From the NCBI GenBank assembly GCA_030834985.1, contig JAUQWV010000007.1:4321-68320 (forward strand): a stretch of 64,000 nucleotides of DNA, in the 5' to 3' direction. Position 1 is the stretch's first letter; each line of letters starts with the position of its first letter. Both the position numbers and the translations under genes were made by a program. The DNA is from Candidatus Dojkabacteria bacterium (lineage in GTDB: Bacteria; Patescibacteriota; Dojkabacteria; J137). Of this stretch, positions 9,481-18,938 are shown piece after piece. The notes under the pieces were generated by a model. That model was not told the origin of the DNA, did not search any database, and worked only from the letters and a program-made list of their open reading frames with translations.

Positions 9481-11430
9481 CTATTCGGCGAATAGTGTTG
9501 AATGCAGCTGTTTTGCTTCAGGGTCAGTTAAATTAACGTAATTTACTCTAACCGTGTACTTAACATTGTTTTCGTTTTTATACTCATCAATAATCTCCCA
9601 TGACCATAAATTGTCTGTTATAGTTTCTAGTTTTTTAAGAATAAATGAAGTTATATTTTCACTTGCAGGAAGCATAACATTAGAATCTAAAGCTACAATC
9701 TTTTGCGTTACTTCTTTTGAAGAAGTGGCCTCAAGTGTAGAAGTTAACTCATCTATAAAGTCTAGATTGATTTCAGCCACTGCAGCTAAGTCAAAATGAT
9801 GAACATTTGTTAAGTAAATTATTCCAATCTGTTTAGTATTAACGATTATTCTCCAAGCTGTCTTTGGATGTGCAGATAAAGGTGGTTCATTTTCTAATGT
9901 ATATTCGATTCTTTCTAAGCCTAGATGCCTTAGTAATGATTCAATTTTTAATTTGGTGCTATTAATATCATTGCCTTCTTCTAATATTGCTAGTGAACTA
10001 AATTCTGTATAGGCATGATCCTTTTTCCCAAATACCTTACCTATCTCAAAAAGAGCAATTGGAGTTATATAATTTTTTTTATAAGTTGTCATTTGCCCTA
10101 AAAGGCTTACTGCTATTGATTGTCTTAATGTTGGAACTTCCTCGTTAATAGAATTGGTTACTTTAATTAGATCCCATTTTAAAGAATTAGCTAGTTTATT
10201 AGTTTCTTGATCAACAAGAACCCATGATCTAACCTCGTCTAAGCCGATTGATGCTAAGTATTCAGTGATGTTATCAATTAAATAAATTCTAGAAGGAGTA
10301 ATATCTTTTACAACTTGAGTTGTTAAATAATTCGAAGGAATCTTATCGAACCCCTTCATTCTAATTATCTCTTCGAATACATCTTGTTCAATTTCAATAT
10401 CCAGTCTATTAACTGGCCTTTGCACAGTAATTTTATTTTCTGAGTCATTAAGAATAGTAAACCCTAAGTTTGTTAAATATGTTTTTGATTCTTCATAAGA
10501 AATTTCAATACCTGCGACTTGCTGAACTTTGCCTAAGTCAACATCAATTGTTATTTCCTGAGTGATTTGATTGTATTCATCAAATACATTTGACACAAGT
10601 TGGCCTCCACAATGTTCTAAGATTAAACTTACAAGCCAATCGAATGCCTGTGGGATTGATTGAGGATCTAGTGTTTTTTCTAATCGTGAACCAGCCTCAG
10701 TAATAATTTTTGCAGCTTTTGTATTCTTTCGGACTAGAGTTCCATTGTAAACAGCCATTTCTAAGATAATTTTAGTAGTAGTACTAGAGACTGCATCTTC
10801 TTTGCCTCCAATAAAACTTAAAGATAAAGGTCTCTTACCATCAGTAATAATTAAAGCATCTTCAGGCAGTTCAATTTCTTGCCCATTTAAAGTGGTCATA
10901 GTTTTGTACTGACCATTATTTATCTCCCATATTAATGAGTCGCCAACTAAATCTGTATCGAAAACGTGTGATGAATGGGCGGTTTCAATCATTACATAGT
11001 TAGTTAGGTCAACTAAATTATTTACACTATTAATTTCGTATAAAGATAAATATTCTTTTAGCCAAGAAGGAGACTCTTTAATTGCCACATCAATTAACTT
11101 TACAGCCATAACTCTTTTAACTGCATTTTTATCTTTTACAGTAATTGGCAATTTGTAATCCTGTGTTAGATGTGTAAGATTGTATTCTGGATATTTAAGA
11201 GGAATTTTGTAATAGGCTGATAATTCTCTTGCTAAGCCCCATACACCGAATAGGTCAGCTCGATTCTGTCGAACTTCAAGATCTAGTAAATAGTCAGACT
11301 GTCCATTGTATTGAACTTCTTGAAGCTTATCTAGCATAAAGCCTGTAATAGTAAACACGTTCGCCACCTCTTTTACATCTGCAGTTAGATTCGGCAAATA
11401 TTTCTTAAGCTGGGAGTAGAGGACTTTCAT
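9481..11430 (-). CDS. pheT: Phenylalanyl-tRNA synthetase beta subunit, short form without the B2 OB-fold
   Basis: NRADLFGVWGLARE, NNLVDLTNYVMIE, RLDIEIEQDVFEEIIR and LFEIGKVF motifs. Confidence 0.92.
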   Translation of the reverse strand: MKVLYSQLKKYLPNLTADVKEVANVFTITGFMLDKLQEVQYNGQSDYLLDLEVRQNRADLFGVWGLARELSAYYKIPLKYPEYNLTHLTQDYKLPITVKDKNAVKRVMAVKLIDVAIKESPSWLKEYLSLYEINSVNNLVDLTNYVMIETAHSSHVFDTDLVGDSLIWEINNGQYKTMTTLNGQEIELPEDALIITDGKRPLSLSFIGGKEDAVSSTTTKIILEMAVYNGTLVRKNTKAAKIITEAGSRLEKTLDPQSIPQAFDWLVSLILEHCGGQLVSNVFDEYNQITQEITIDVDLGKVQQVAGIEISYEESKTYLTNLGFTILNDSENKITVQRPVNRLDIEIEQDVFEEIIRMKGFDKIPSNYLTTQVVKDITPSRIYLIDNITEYLASIGLDEVRSWVLVDQETNKLANSLKWDLIKVTNSINEEVPTLRQSIAVSLLGQMTTYKKNYITPIALFEIGKVFGKKDHAYTEFSSLAILEEGNDINSTKLKIESLLRHLGLERIEYTLENEPPLSAHPKTAWRIIVNTKQIGIIYLTNVHHFDLAAVAEINLDFIDELTSTLEATSSKEVTQKIVALDSNVMLPASENITSFILKKLETITDNLWSWEIIDEYKNENNVKYTVRVNYVNLTDPEAKQLHSTLFAE

Positions 11431-12191
11431 AGGGCTTTATGTAATTTATTTACTAAACTTAATATTATACCTTTTGATTTTAACCTTTGTTCAGTAATAA
11501 TTTCAAACCAATCAAGCTCAATTTGGAGCATTTTATAAAGTTCTTCAAAGGTTAAATTGAGCTTGATGATCTTGTTTATAGGGTTTTCGAGTATAAATTT
11601 TTGCGATTTGGCAATTTTGGCGTCTACTGGCTCGCCTGTTAATTCGATATTTCTTGCCAAATCGCTTTTAGATATATAGCCGGCAACCTGCCGGCTAAAG
11701 TAAATATTATTTGGATTTAAGGCAGAGCCATTTAATGCGTTTATGCTTACTTCCGCTATACTTCCTGTATGCCAGATTGCTTTAAGCATAAACGCATTCG
11801 CAAGCAGTAATATATTCTGATCAAAGTGATTAAGTGTGTCTAAAAAGATATTGTAAAGATTTTTATCTTTATTGTTTTCGTAACAGAGTTTATCTATAAC
11901 TTCACAAAAAAGTTGAATTAACAAAATCCCAATATCATTAGTTTTCCAAAGATTAAATTCATCTATAGTTTTAATTTCAGTAATTAAAGGTAAGTTATAG
12001 CCTTCTAAAACTTTTGCTTGAACTAAATTGCACAGTTCTATAGAGTGGGATTTCTTACTTGTACTTTTTTTTACTCCTTTAGCAAGTAAAGTGTTCTTGC
12101 TGCCATCGGTGTCAATAACATAAATAACCTTGTCAGATTGTCCTGAAGAGTAAATTCTATAAATTATTCCTTTTAAATTTTGTGATCTCAT
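11427..12191 (-). CDS. recO: DNA repair protein RecO
   Basis: N-terminal OB motif GIIYR..SDKVI..LAKGVKKSTSK; overlaps the pheT start. Confidence 0.8.
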   Translation of the reverse strand: MRSQNLKGIIYRIYSSGQSDKVIYVIDTDGSKNTLLAKGVKKSTSKKSHSIELCNLVQAKVLEGYNLPLITEIKTIDEFNLWKTNDIGILLIQLFCEVIDKLCYENNKDKNLYNIFLDTLNHFDQNILLLANAFMLKAIWHTGSIAEVSINALNGSALNPNNIYFSRQVAGYISKSDLARNIELTGEPVDAKIAKSQKFILENPINKIIKLNLTFEELYKMLQIELDWFEIITEQRLKSKGIILSLVNKLHKAL

Positions 12192-12216
12192 AACCAAATG
12201 ATTATAATGTATAAAT

Positions 12217-13005
12217 ATGAGTAATGCGCAAGTACAAACAAAAGTTGAAACAAAAACAAGTCCTTTTTCGCTACCTAAAATAACAACAGAAAATCTAAAT
12301 ACTAAGAAGATTAGAAAGCTTAAATATGCTTCTAGACAAGGGGTTTCGGGCTATAATATTTTAGTAGGAATCTTAATTATCGCTTCAATTTTAGGTGCTG
12401 GGTATATTGGTTACACACTTGCAAGATTAGAATCAGTTTCAAATATAACTCAAAATGAAGGAGATGATTTAATTCCGGTTTCAGATGAAGAAGAAGTTGA
12501 TCAATCACAATTATGGAGTAGAAGAGAGTTTAAAATTAATAATAATGTTGTGTGGAGTTTAGAATTGCCAAATAATTTTGCACAAACTTCAAGTGAAATA
12601 GTTGATGGCGTAATTTCTTTTTTTGGAGAAATTGATGGTGAGGCTTACAAGTTAGAACTTGCTTTTCCACTATTTAATAATTACCTTGGTGGCATGCCGC
12701 CTACTTTATCGGAATGGGTAAGTCGAGAAAAATTATTTTTACCTTCGGTAAGTGGAGCCGCCGCTCAGACATCTTCATTTGCATTAGATAATAATTTAGA
12801 GGCGGCTCTAATTGTAGGTATGAATGAAATTACTAAAGATAATGGAAGTTCTAGAGAATTCGGACAAACAAAAACTGCAGTTTTATATATTTGGAAAACT
12901 ACTTCACGCAATCCAAGTAAGATTACGCTGATTCCTCAAGGAGAATACAACGAGGAAGCGGCAAAGGATATTATGGAAAGGATTGCCGCTTCCTTACTAT
13001 TTTAG
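12217..13005 (+). CDS. Hypothetical single-TM protein with an extracellular domain
   Basis: 262-aa ORF with one TM helix; TATAAT 8 nt before the ATG. Confidence 0.7.
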   Translation: MSNAQVQTKVETKTSPFSLPKITTENLNTKKIRKLKYASRQGVSGYNILVGILIIASILGAGYIGYTLARLESVSNITQNEGDDLIPVSDEEEVDQSQLWSRREFKINNNVVWSLELPNNFAQTSSEIVDGVISFFGEIDGEAYKLELAFPLFNNYLGGMPPTLSEWVSREKLFLPSVSGAAAQTSSFALDNNLEAALIVGMNEITKDNGSSREFGQTKTAVLYIWKTTSRNPSKITLIPQGEYNEEAAKDIMERIAASLLF

Positions 13006-13011
13006 AAGGCC

Positions 13012-13305
13012 TCATGCTACTTTAGGTAGTATATAAAAGTCATCGCTATCTTCAATTTTATGGATCAGCTCAATTCCTGCGCCCGGATCAATTAATCCGT
13101 TTTTAATTTTATCCTCAACTAGTTCTATCCTAGCTTTTTTAAAAGCGTCCAGCAATTGTTGAGAATCTACTCCTAAGTAGCTGGCCGCTTTTTCTATAGT
13201 GCTTGGATCCCTAGTTTGGGCGGCTACCCCATAAATCGGAAAGACAGAAGACATGGCTGCAGTAGCAGCAACAGCTGTAGTCATAATTACTTTTCTTTTT
13301 CTCAT
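13012..13305 (-). CDS. Small secreted helical protein (YckD/DUF2680-like), likely a target of the adjacent two-component system
   Basis: Signal peptide MRKRK..AAQ; AASYLGVD..LLDAFKKAR..GLID motif. Confidence 0.65.
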   Translation of the reverse strand: MRKRKVIMTTAVAATAAMSSVFPIYGVAAQTRDPSTIEKAASYLGVDSQQLLDAFKKARIELVEDKIKNGLIDPGAGIELIHKIEDSDDFYILPKVA

Positions 13306-13441
13306 AGGTTTTAGAACTCAAAATTTAAGTGTGAAAGGGTTTGTAGAAAGGCTATCCCTTATATTTATGTTTATTGCCCGATTACTTCGGGATGAAGTTA
13401 GGATGCCTAGCAACCCTATTCATCTTAATATTATTTCAACT

Positions 13442-13463
13442 TTATGAAGAATATGTGAAGAAT
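13442..13463 (-). promoter_or_regulatory. OmpR-family tandem direct-repeat binding site
   Basis: ATTCTTCACAT-ATTCTTCATAA with 11-bp period, just after the kinase stop and upstream of the 13012-13305 gene. Confidence 0.55.
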
Positions 13464-13468
13464 TCGTA

Positions 13469-14566
13469 TCAAATTTTTATAACAAATCGTATACCTTTGT
13501 GGTTTTCATTATTTTTTGCCTCGATTTCCCAATCCATAGCTTCTGTCATCTCCTTCACAAGGGCTAATCCAAGCCCAAGGCCTCCAGTTTTTCTATTTCT
13601 TGATTTTTCAACCCTGTAGAACCTCTCAAAAATTCGTTTAATATCTTGTTCAGGGATTCCCACTCCATTATCAGAAATCACTATTTTATTTTCTTCAATA
13701 AAAATTCTAATTTCAGTACCTTTAGAATATTTTATTGAATTATCAAAGATATTAATTAAAATTCGCTCTAATAAATTTTGATCAGCATTGATCTTAAAAT
13801 CCTCTGGAATCTCGTTTGCTAACTTAATCTTAGCATTTTCTAGATTTACAGATAACGTCTTTTTGATCTTCTCAACAGCTGAATAGAGAGCTATTTTTTC
13901 TAATTTTTTATAAGTGATTTTTGATCTTAAGCCTGTGTACTCATTTAACATATCAATTAATTCATTTAGCCTTTCAACTTCAGTCAGTGTAGTTTCGAGT
14001 CTTTCTTTTGTTGTATCAAATACACCATCTATCATTCCTTGTAACTGACCGGTAACCGAAGTTAAAGGTGTTTTCAATTCGTGTGACACATCTGAAATCA
14101 AATCTTTTCTTAAAACTTCTTGATAATCGAGTTCACTTGCTAATTCGTTAAATTCTTCTATAACTTGGTCAAACTCACTTTCGCCGGTTTTATGTAATTT
14201 ATTTTTAAATTTACTCTTTTTAAGGTTACTAATACCAATTCTAAGTTCACGCAAAGGTTGAGTTATTATTACCGAAAAAACGATTCCTGCAATTAAAGAC
14301 ATTAAAAGTCCTAATGCTCCGGCAAAAAATAGAGTATTAAATAAGGCGTCATTAAATTGTTTTCTTATTACTTCAACTGGCGCAACTGGTGACTGCTTAA
14401 CTAAGAATAGATTTCCATCTATAAACCTTATTGTTGCAGTTTGGAATTCGCTTTGAGCAGTTGTAATTGCGAAAATACTTATATATGCCAAGATAATGGC
14501 AGTAATTAGAACAATTCCGCCCGCAATTTTTACAGATGTTTTCGAGAAGATTTTTTTTAAAATCAT
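13469..14566 (-). CDS. Sensor histidine kinase (BaeS-like; HAMP, HisKA, HATPase)
   Basis: DVSHELKTPLT, NIFDNSIKY, DNGVGI, FERFYRV and GLGLGL motifs; two TM helices. Confidence 0.95.
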   Translation of the reverse strand: MILKKIFSKTSVKIAGGIVLITAIILAYISIFAITTAQSEFQTATIRFIDGNLFLVKQSPVAPVEVIRKQFNDALFNTLFFAGALGLLMSLIAGIVFSVIITQPLRELRIGISNLKKSKFKNKLHKTGESEFDQVIEEFNELASELDYQEVLRKDLISDVSHELKTPLTSVTGQLQGMIDGVFDTTKERLETTLTEVERLNELIDMLNEYTGLRSKITYKKLEKIALYSAVEKIKKTLSVNLENAKIKLANEIPEDFKINADQNLLERILINIFDNSIKYSKGTEIRIFIEENKIVISDNGVGIPEQDIKRIFERFYRVEKSRNRKTGGLGLGLALVKEMTEAMDWEIEAKNNENHKGIRFVIKI

Positions 14567-15234
14567 AGATTATCGTTAAATTTATAGCCTTTGCCTATTA
14601 CAGTCAGAATAAATTCAGGCAAGCTTGCTTCAACTTTTAATTTTTTTCTAATATTTTTAATGTGTACATCAACAGTTCTATCTAGTATATCGCCTGTATC
14701 AAAGTCGTTATATGCTTTTAAAATAATATCTTCACGGTTAAAGACTCTTCCAGGCGACTTAAACATTGTCAAAAGAATATTGAATTCAGTAGTTGTTAAT
14801 TCAACTAATTTATTATTTACCTTAACTTGTTGTTTGTCGGGATCGATAGAAATATACTTATTATTTAAGGTTTCTCCATTACTTCTTTTTAAAAGCGCTT
14901 TAACTCGCGCCACTAAAATGCTTGGGTTGAATGGCTTTTTTATGTAATCATCAGCTCCGCAACCCAAGCCTATCAGCTCATCACTATCTGTGATTCTTGC
15001 AGTAACCATAATAATTGGGATTTTAGATCTGTTTCTTATTCTTTTACAAACAGTAATTCCATCAATTTCGGGCAAGTTAATATCAAGTACAACCAAATCT
15101 ATATTTGAGCTTTCAAAAATGCTCAGCGCTTTAGTTCCAGTTTCAGCTTCAATAATATTGAAACCAGCCTTTTGGAGATAAGCAGATTCAACATCTCGGA
15201 TATTGTGTTCGTCTTCTGCAATTAAAATATTCAT
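14563..15234 (-). CDS. OmpR-family response regulator
   Basis: AEDE, VLDINLP, GADDYIKKPF, RTVDVHIKNIRKK and TVIGKGYK motifs. Confidence 0.95.
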   Translation of the reverse strand: MNILIAEDEHNIRDVESAYLQKAGFNIIEAETGTKALSIFESSNIDLVVLDINLPEIDGITVCKRIRNRSKIPIIMVTARITDSDELIGLGCGADDYIKKPFNPSILVARVKALLKRSNGETLNNKYISIDPDKQQVKVNNKLVELTTTEFNILLTMFKSPGRVFNREDIILKAYNDFDTGDILDRTVDVHIKNIRKKLKVEASLPEFILTVIGKGYKFNDNL

Positions 15235-15248
15235 GTTAAGTTCTTAGC

Positions 15249-15509
15249 TCAATAAGTTCCTGTAGAATCCTGCATTCTTTTTTCAAGAATATTTGATAAA
15301 TGTTTAATTAGGCTTCTCATACCTTCAAGGCTTTCTGGATCTAGCTCTAATTTATTAATTCCTGCTTCAAATTCTTGAAGTGAAGTTTTAGCTAAAAAGA
15401 GATCTGTTTGCTCTTTATTTTGATTAGAGATTTGATCAATTGCCTTGCCGACAATACTTAAATTTTTAATTCTTTTTTTTGTCTCTTCATCGGGTTGTAT
15501 TTGAGGCAT
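15249..15509 (-). CDS. Hypothetical protein
   Basis: 86-aa ORF filling the intergenic space; no motif recognised. Confidence 0.6.
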   Translation of the reverse strand: MPQIQPDEETKKRIKNLSIVGKAIDQISNQNKEQTDLFLAKTSLQEFEAGINKLELDPESLEGMRSLIKHLSNILEKRMQDSTGTY

Positions 15510-15567
15510 AGCAACAAAGATAAAAGTTAAAAATTCTGCTTATGCTAAGTATATCACGGGAATTTAT

Positions 15568-16005
15568 CTAACTTTCTGAGTGATAATAGCTGATTACTCT
15601 GCTAAAAGCTGTATGTAAGAAAGTTAGGTACCTAAATTCTTCAGTAGATACATATGCAGGTACAAAATCATAGGAAACGCCTATCTCTTCTAATTCACGA
15701 AAATCAACAGTAGATGCACCTTCTAGGAATTTACCAAGCATACTAGTAAGAACTGTAAAAGCAAAAGGATCAACATTTCCGGCTATGAATGCTTCATATA
15801 TTTCAAATGAAGATGGCGCATAGCCTTCTGCAATAATTGCAGAAAAATAGTAGATTGAACTTAAAAAGTCTTCGTTGAAAATATCTATTAATCTCTCTTG
15901 AGATAATGGTAAGTGAGGAAACTGGTCTTGGAAACGGCTAATAATGAAGCCGATAACTTCTGCTTCGGCTTCCGCAACATTTTTGGGAGCCTTTAAACCG
16001 TCCAT
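15568..16005 (-). CDS. Hypothetical protein
   Basis: Acidic helical ORF; start set at ATG 16005. Confidence 0.6.
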   Translation of the reverse strand: MDGLKAPKNVAEAEAEVIGFIISRFQDQFPHLPLSQERLIDIFNEDFLSSIYYFSAIIAEGYAPSSFEIYEAFIAGNVDPFAFTVLTSMLGKFLEGASTVDFRELEEIGVSYDFVPAYVSTEEFRYLTFLHTAFSRVISYYHSES

Positions 16006-16060
16006 TTCTAGTTTTGTAATAACTAGTAGATTATAAAGGCTGTATGCGGATTTTAGCAAA

Positions 16061-16435
16061 TTAAGGCTCTTTATCCAGAGGCCATTCAGGCGTATAGTCT
16101 AAATTGGCAGGATAATCCGGATTCATATGTCCTGTATCTGAAACCCCAAATCTTAGTACATGAGTTAATTCTTTTGGTAATTTTGGGAGATTAAATTTTC
16201 GTGCAAGTTGAAAAAAATCGTCAGAACTTATTGTTCTATTTATCTGTAAATACAAAAAGAGTACTCCAAATTGTTTTTGAATATCTGGATCTAAGCTGTC
16301 AAAGAGATCAATTAGACCTTCTTGATCACCTTTAAGCTGATTAATTACATCTCCAATTGTTTGGAGTTGCTGAAGAAATTGAGTATCTGACTCGTGAGTG
16401 TCTGTAACAGTAGGTGCGTCTAACGAATAACCCAT
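16061..16435 (-). CDS. Hypothetical protein
   Basis: 124-aa ORF; no motif recognised. Confidence 0.6.
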   Translation of the reverse strand: MGYSLDAPTVTDTHESDTQFLQQLQTIGDVINQLKGDQEGLIDLFDSLDPDIQKQFGVLFLYLQINRTISSDDFFQLARKFNLPKLPKELTHVLRFGVSDTGHMNPDYPANLDYTPEWPLDKEP

Positions 16436-16502
16436 AATGCTGGTTTTAAAAATTACAACAATTGATTATATGCACACCAAGAAATTTTTTAAAAGAGGAA
16501 TT

Positions 16503-18401
16503 TTATTTTATTCCCATTTGTTGCTTTGCGTAGTCAGTCAAATTTTTTCGCTTTGACCAATCTCTTTCTGTTTTTGTTAGATAAAGCTTTCTTAACCTTA
16601 AGCTTTTTGGAGTTACCTCTAACATTTCATCATCATTTAAAAAGAGTAGAGCATATTCTAGCGTTATAGGTTTAATCGCTTTTAAGGAAGTCTGAGTAAT
16701 TTCATCGTGCTTCATTCTAACAGCAGACTTTTGTCTTTCTTTTACGGGATTAACTTCTAAATCTTGATCGAATTTATTTAAACCGAGAATCATACCTTCG
16801 TAAACTTGAGTTCCTGGTTCAACAAATAATTCGCCGCGTTCTTGAATTGTATTTAATGAATAACCCATTGCAGTTCCTGTATCCATAGAGATTAGAACAC
16901 CTTTTCGATATAACGGTTCAACTTCTGTAAATGGTACATAATCAATTAAAAAGTTATTCATCACAACATTTCCTTTTGTAGTGGTTAATAATTGATTTCT
17001 TAAACCAAGTAACTTTCTTGTCAAAATTTTGTAAGTGAATCTAGCTTGGTTATTTTCAAGTTCCATATCTACAAGCTCAGCTTTACGTTCGCTTAGAGCC
17101 GCTTGAACGGTGCCCTGGTATTCAGATGGAACATCTATAGTCACTTCTTCAAGCGGCTCTAGCTTCTGTCCATCCTTTTCCTGTAGAATAACCTCCGGCT
17201 TTCTAATCTGGAATTCATAGCCTTCACGTCTCATCGTTTCGATTAAAATGGCTAACTGAAGTTCTCCTCGACCTGCTACATAGTAGCTTCCGCCATCTCC
17301 TTTTGTAATTTTTAAAGAAATATTAATTTCTGCTTCTTTTTCTAATCTTGCCTGTAGCTGTTTTGCTGTAACAAACTTACCTTCTTTACCCATAAAGGGA
17401 GAGGTGTTTGCTTCAAATTTAATCTGGACAGATGGACTAGAAATCTTGATTGTAGGTAATGCTTCAGGCTTGCTGGCAATACATAAAGTACCTCCGATAG
17501 CTGTTGATTCAATACCAGAAACAGCAATTATTTCGCCTGCGCTAGCTTCTTTAATATCTTCATAAACTAAACCTTCTTTTACTTTAAGGCTTTTAATTTT
17601 ACCGCTGTCTTTAGGTGAATCAGGAGAATCATTATGGATTACTACAATAGAATCTTCCACTTTTGCAGTTCCTCTACGGATTTTCCCAATTAAAAGTCTT
17701 CCCAAATGTGGGTCGTAATCAAGACTTGTAACAAGCATCTGTAAAGGTTCATTAGGGTCTCCAACAGGTGCCGGGAAATATTCAATAATTGCATCTAAAA
17801 GCGGGCTCATGTCGCCTTCAATTGATCCAGCTAGTGTTAAATCGCCCGCTGGCAATTCTTTAAATACTTTGCCTTCTCGCCCAATCGCATAAAAAACAGG
17901 GAATTCAAGCTGAGAGTCGTCTGTAGCCAATGTTAGGAAAAGATCCTGAACTTTATCTAAAACTTTAGAAGGATTAGCGAATTTCTTATCAATTTTGTTA
18001 ATTACTAACATTGGCTTTAATCCAAGCTCCAATGCTTTCTTTAGTACAAATTTAGTTTGAGGCATTGGACCTTCCTGTGCATCTACTAGTAAGATGCAGC
18101 CGTCAGCCATATTTAGTGTTCTTTCTACTTCACCACCAAAATCAGCATGGCCAGGTGTATCTATAATATTAATCTTTACACCTTTATATCTAACAGAAAT
18201 ATTCTTTGCCTTAATAGTGATTCCTTTTTCCCGCTCTAAATCGCCAGAATCCAAGATCATTTCCTGATTCATTTCCTCCTGATTTTCGCGGAATACGTGT
18301 GTTTGTTTAAGAAATGCATCTACCAGCGTAGTCTTTCCATGGTCAACGTGAGCAATAATTGCTATATTTCTAATTTTTTCTTGATCGAGTTTTGTATACA
18401 T
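16503..18401 (-). CDS. typA: Translational GTPase TypA/BipA
   Basis: AHVDHGKTTL, EREKGITI, DTPGHADFGGEVER, GRGELQLAILIETMRREG and EVTPKSLRLRK motifs. Confidence 0.97.
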   Translation of the reverse strand: MYTKLDQEKIRNIAIIAHVDHGKTTLVDAFLKQTHVFRENQEEMNQEMILDSGDLEREKGITIKAKNISVRYKGVKINIIDTPGHADFGGEVERTLNMADGCILLVDAQEGPMPQTKFVLKKALELGLKPMLVINKIDKKFANPSKVLDKVQDLFLTLATDDSQLEFPVFYAIGREGKVFKELPAGDLTLAGSIEGDMSPLLDAIIEYFPAPVGDPNEPLQMLVTSLDYDPHLGRLLIGKIRRGTAKVEDSIVVIHNDSPDSPKDSGKIKSLKVKEGLVYEDIKEASAGEIIAVSGIESTAIGGTLCIASKPEALPTIKISSPSVQIKFEANTSPFMGKEGKFVTAKQLQARLEKEAEINISLKITKGDGGSYYVAGRGELQLAILIETMRREGYEFQIRKPEVILQEKDGQKLEPLEEVTIDVPSEYQGTVQAALSERKAELVDMELENNQARFTYKILTRKLLGLRNQLLTTTKGNVVMNNFLIDYVPFTEVEPLYRKGVLISMDTGTAMGYSLNTIQERGELFVEPGTQVYEGMILGLNKFDQDLEVNPVKERQKSAVRMKHDEITQTSLKAIKPITLEYALLFLNDDEMLEVTPKSLRLRKLYLTKTERDWSKRKNLTDYAKQQMGIK

Positions 18402-18497
18402 AAGTGTTTTTAAATTTGACTTGGAATTCTACCATAAAATGGCGCTTTTAGCTAACTATAGGATAATAAAATACGTAACATATATGATACGCTGGCA

Positions 18498-18556
18498 TTG
18501 ACTTTTTTATATATTCAATATATACTGGATATGTAACTGGGATATTTAACAAGGAG
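18498..18556 (+). promoter_or_regulatory. Sigma70 promoter and SD
   Basis: TTGACT(18498)-17 bp-TATACT(18521); AAGGAG at 18551-18556, 6 nt before the ATG. Confidence 0.7.
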
Positions 18557-18562
18557 TTTCAA

Positions 18563-18883
18563 ATGGCTAAGTTCACTATTGCTCTGGTCGGGTCCGTTCT
18601 GATCGCTGCCTTAATTGGCGCAATCTCACCCGTACTGGGCGTAGCGATCTCAATCATCTCGGTAATAGTCATCCTGATCGCCGCGCTCATGGTTCCAGGT
18701 GTGGGTTTATTCGCTGGTCTCGGTTTCTTTTTTCTTGAACTGATTTTCGCACCGCTCATGGGTGGAAATCCGAATGTCAGCGGCATTGAGCGCGCTGTAG
18801 GCGGCGCGATGAAGATGATTGCCGTGTCTCTTGCTCTGGGCATCATCGCCCATGTAGCAGTGATCCTTGTGATCCTGCTGTAA
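18563..18883 (+). CDS. Small orphan, very hydrophobic membrane protein, 106 aa, GC-rich
   Basis: Own promoter, SD and terminator; frequent ATC/CTG/GCC codons unlike the flanking genes. Confidence 0.8.
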   Translation: MAKFTIALVGSVLIAALIGAISPVLGVAISIISVIVILIAALMVPGVGLFAGLGFFFLELIFAPLMGGNPNVSGIERAVGGAMKMIAVSLALGIIAHVAVILVILL

Positions 18884-18903
18884 AGAGCTTCTCGCTAATC
18901 CCA

Positions 18904-18933
18904 GAAAAGGCACCTGTAAAAAGGTGCCTTTTC
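18904..18933. terminator. Bidirectional intrinsic terminator
   Basis: 12-bp stem GAAAAGGCACCT/AGGTGCCTTTTC. Confidence 0.85.
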
Positions 18934-18938
18934 ACATT

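Noticed and set aside
18559-18913. Minus-strand ORFs 18559-18846 and 18707-18913
   Set aside because: Shadows favoured by local high GC; the promoter, SD and terminator support the plus-strand gene.
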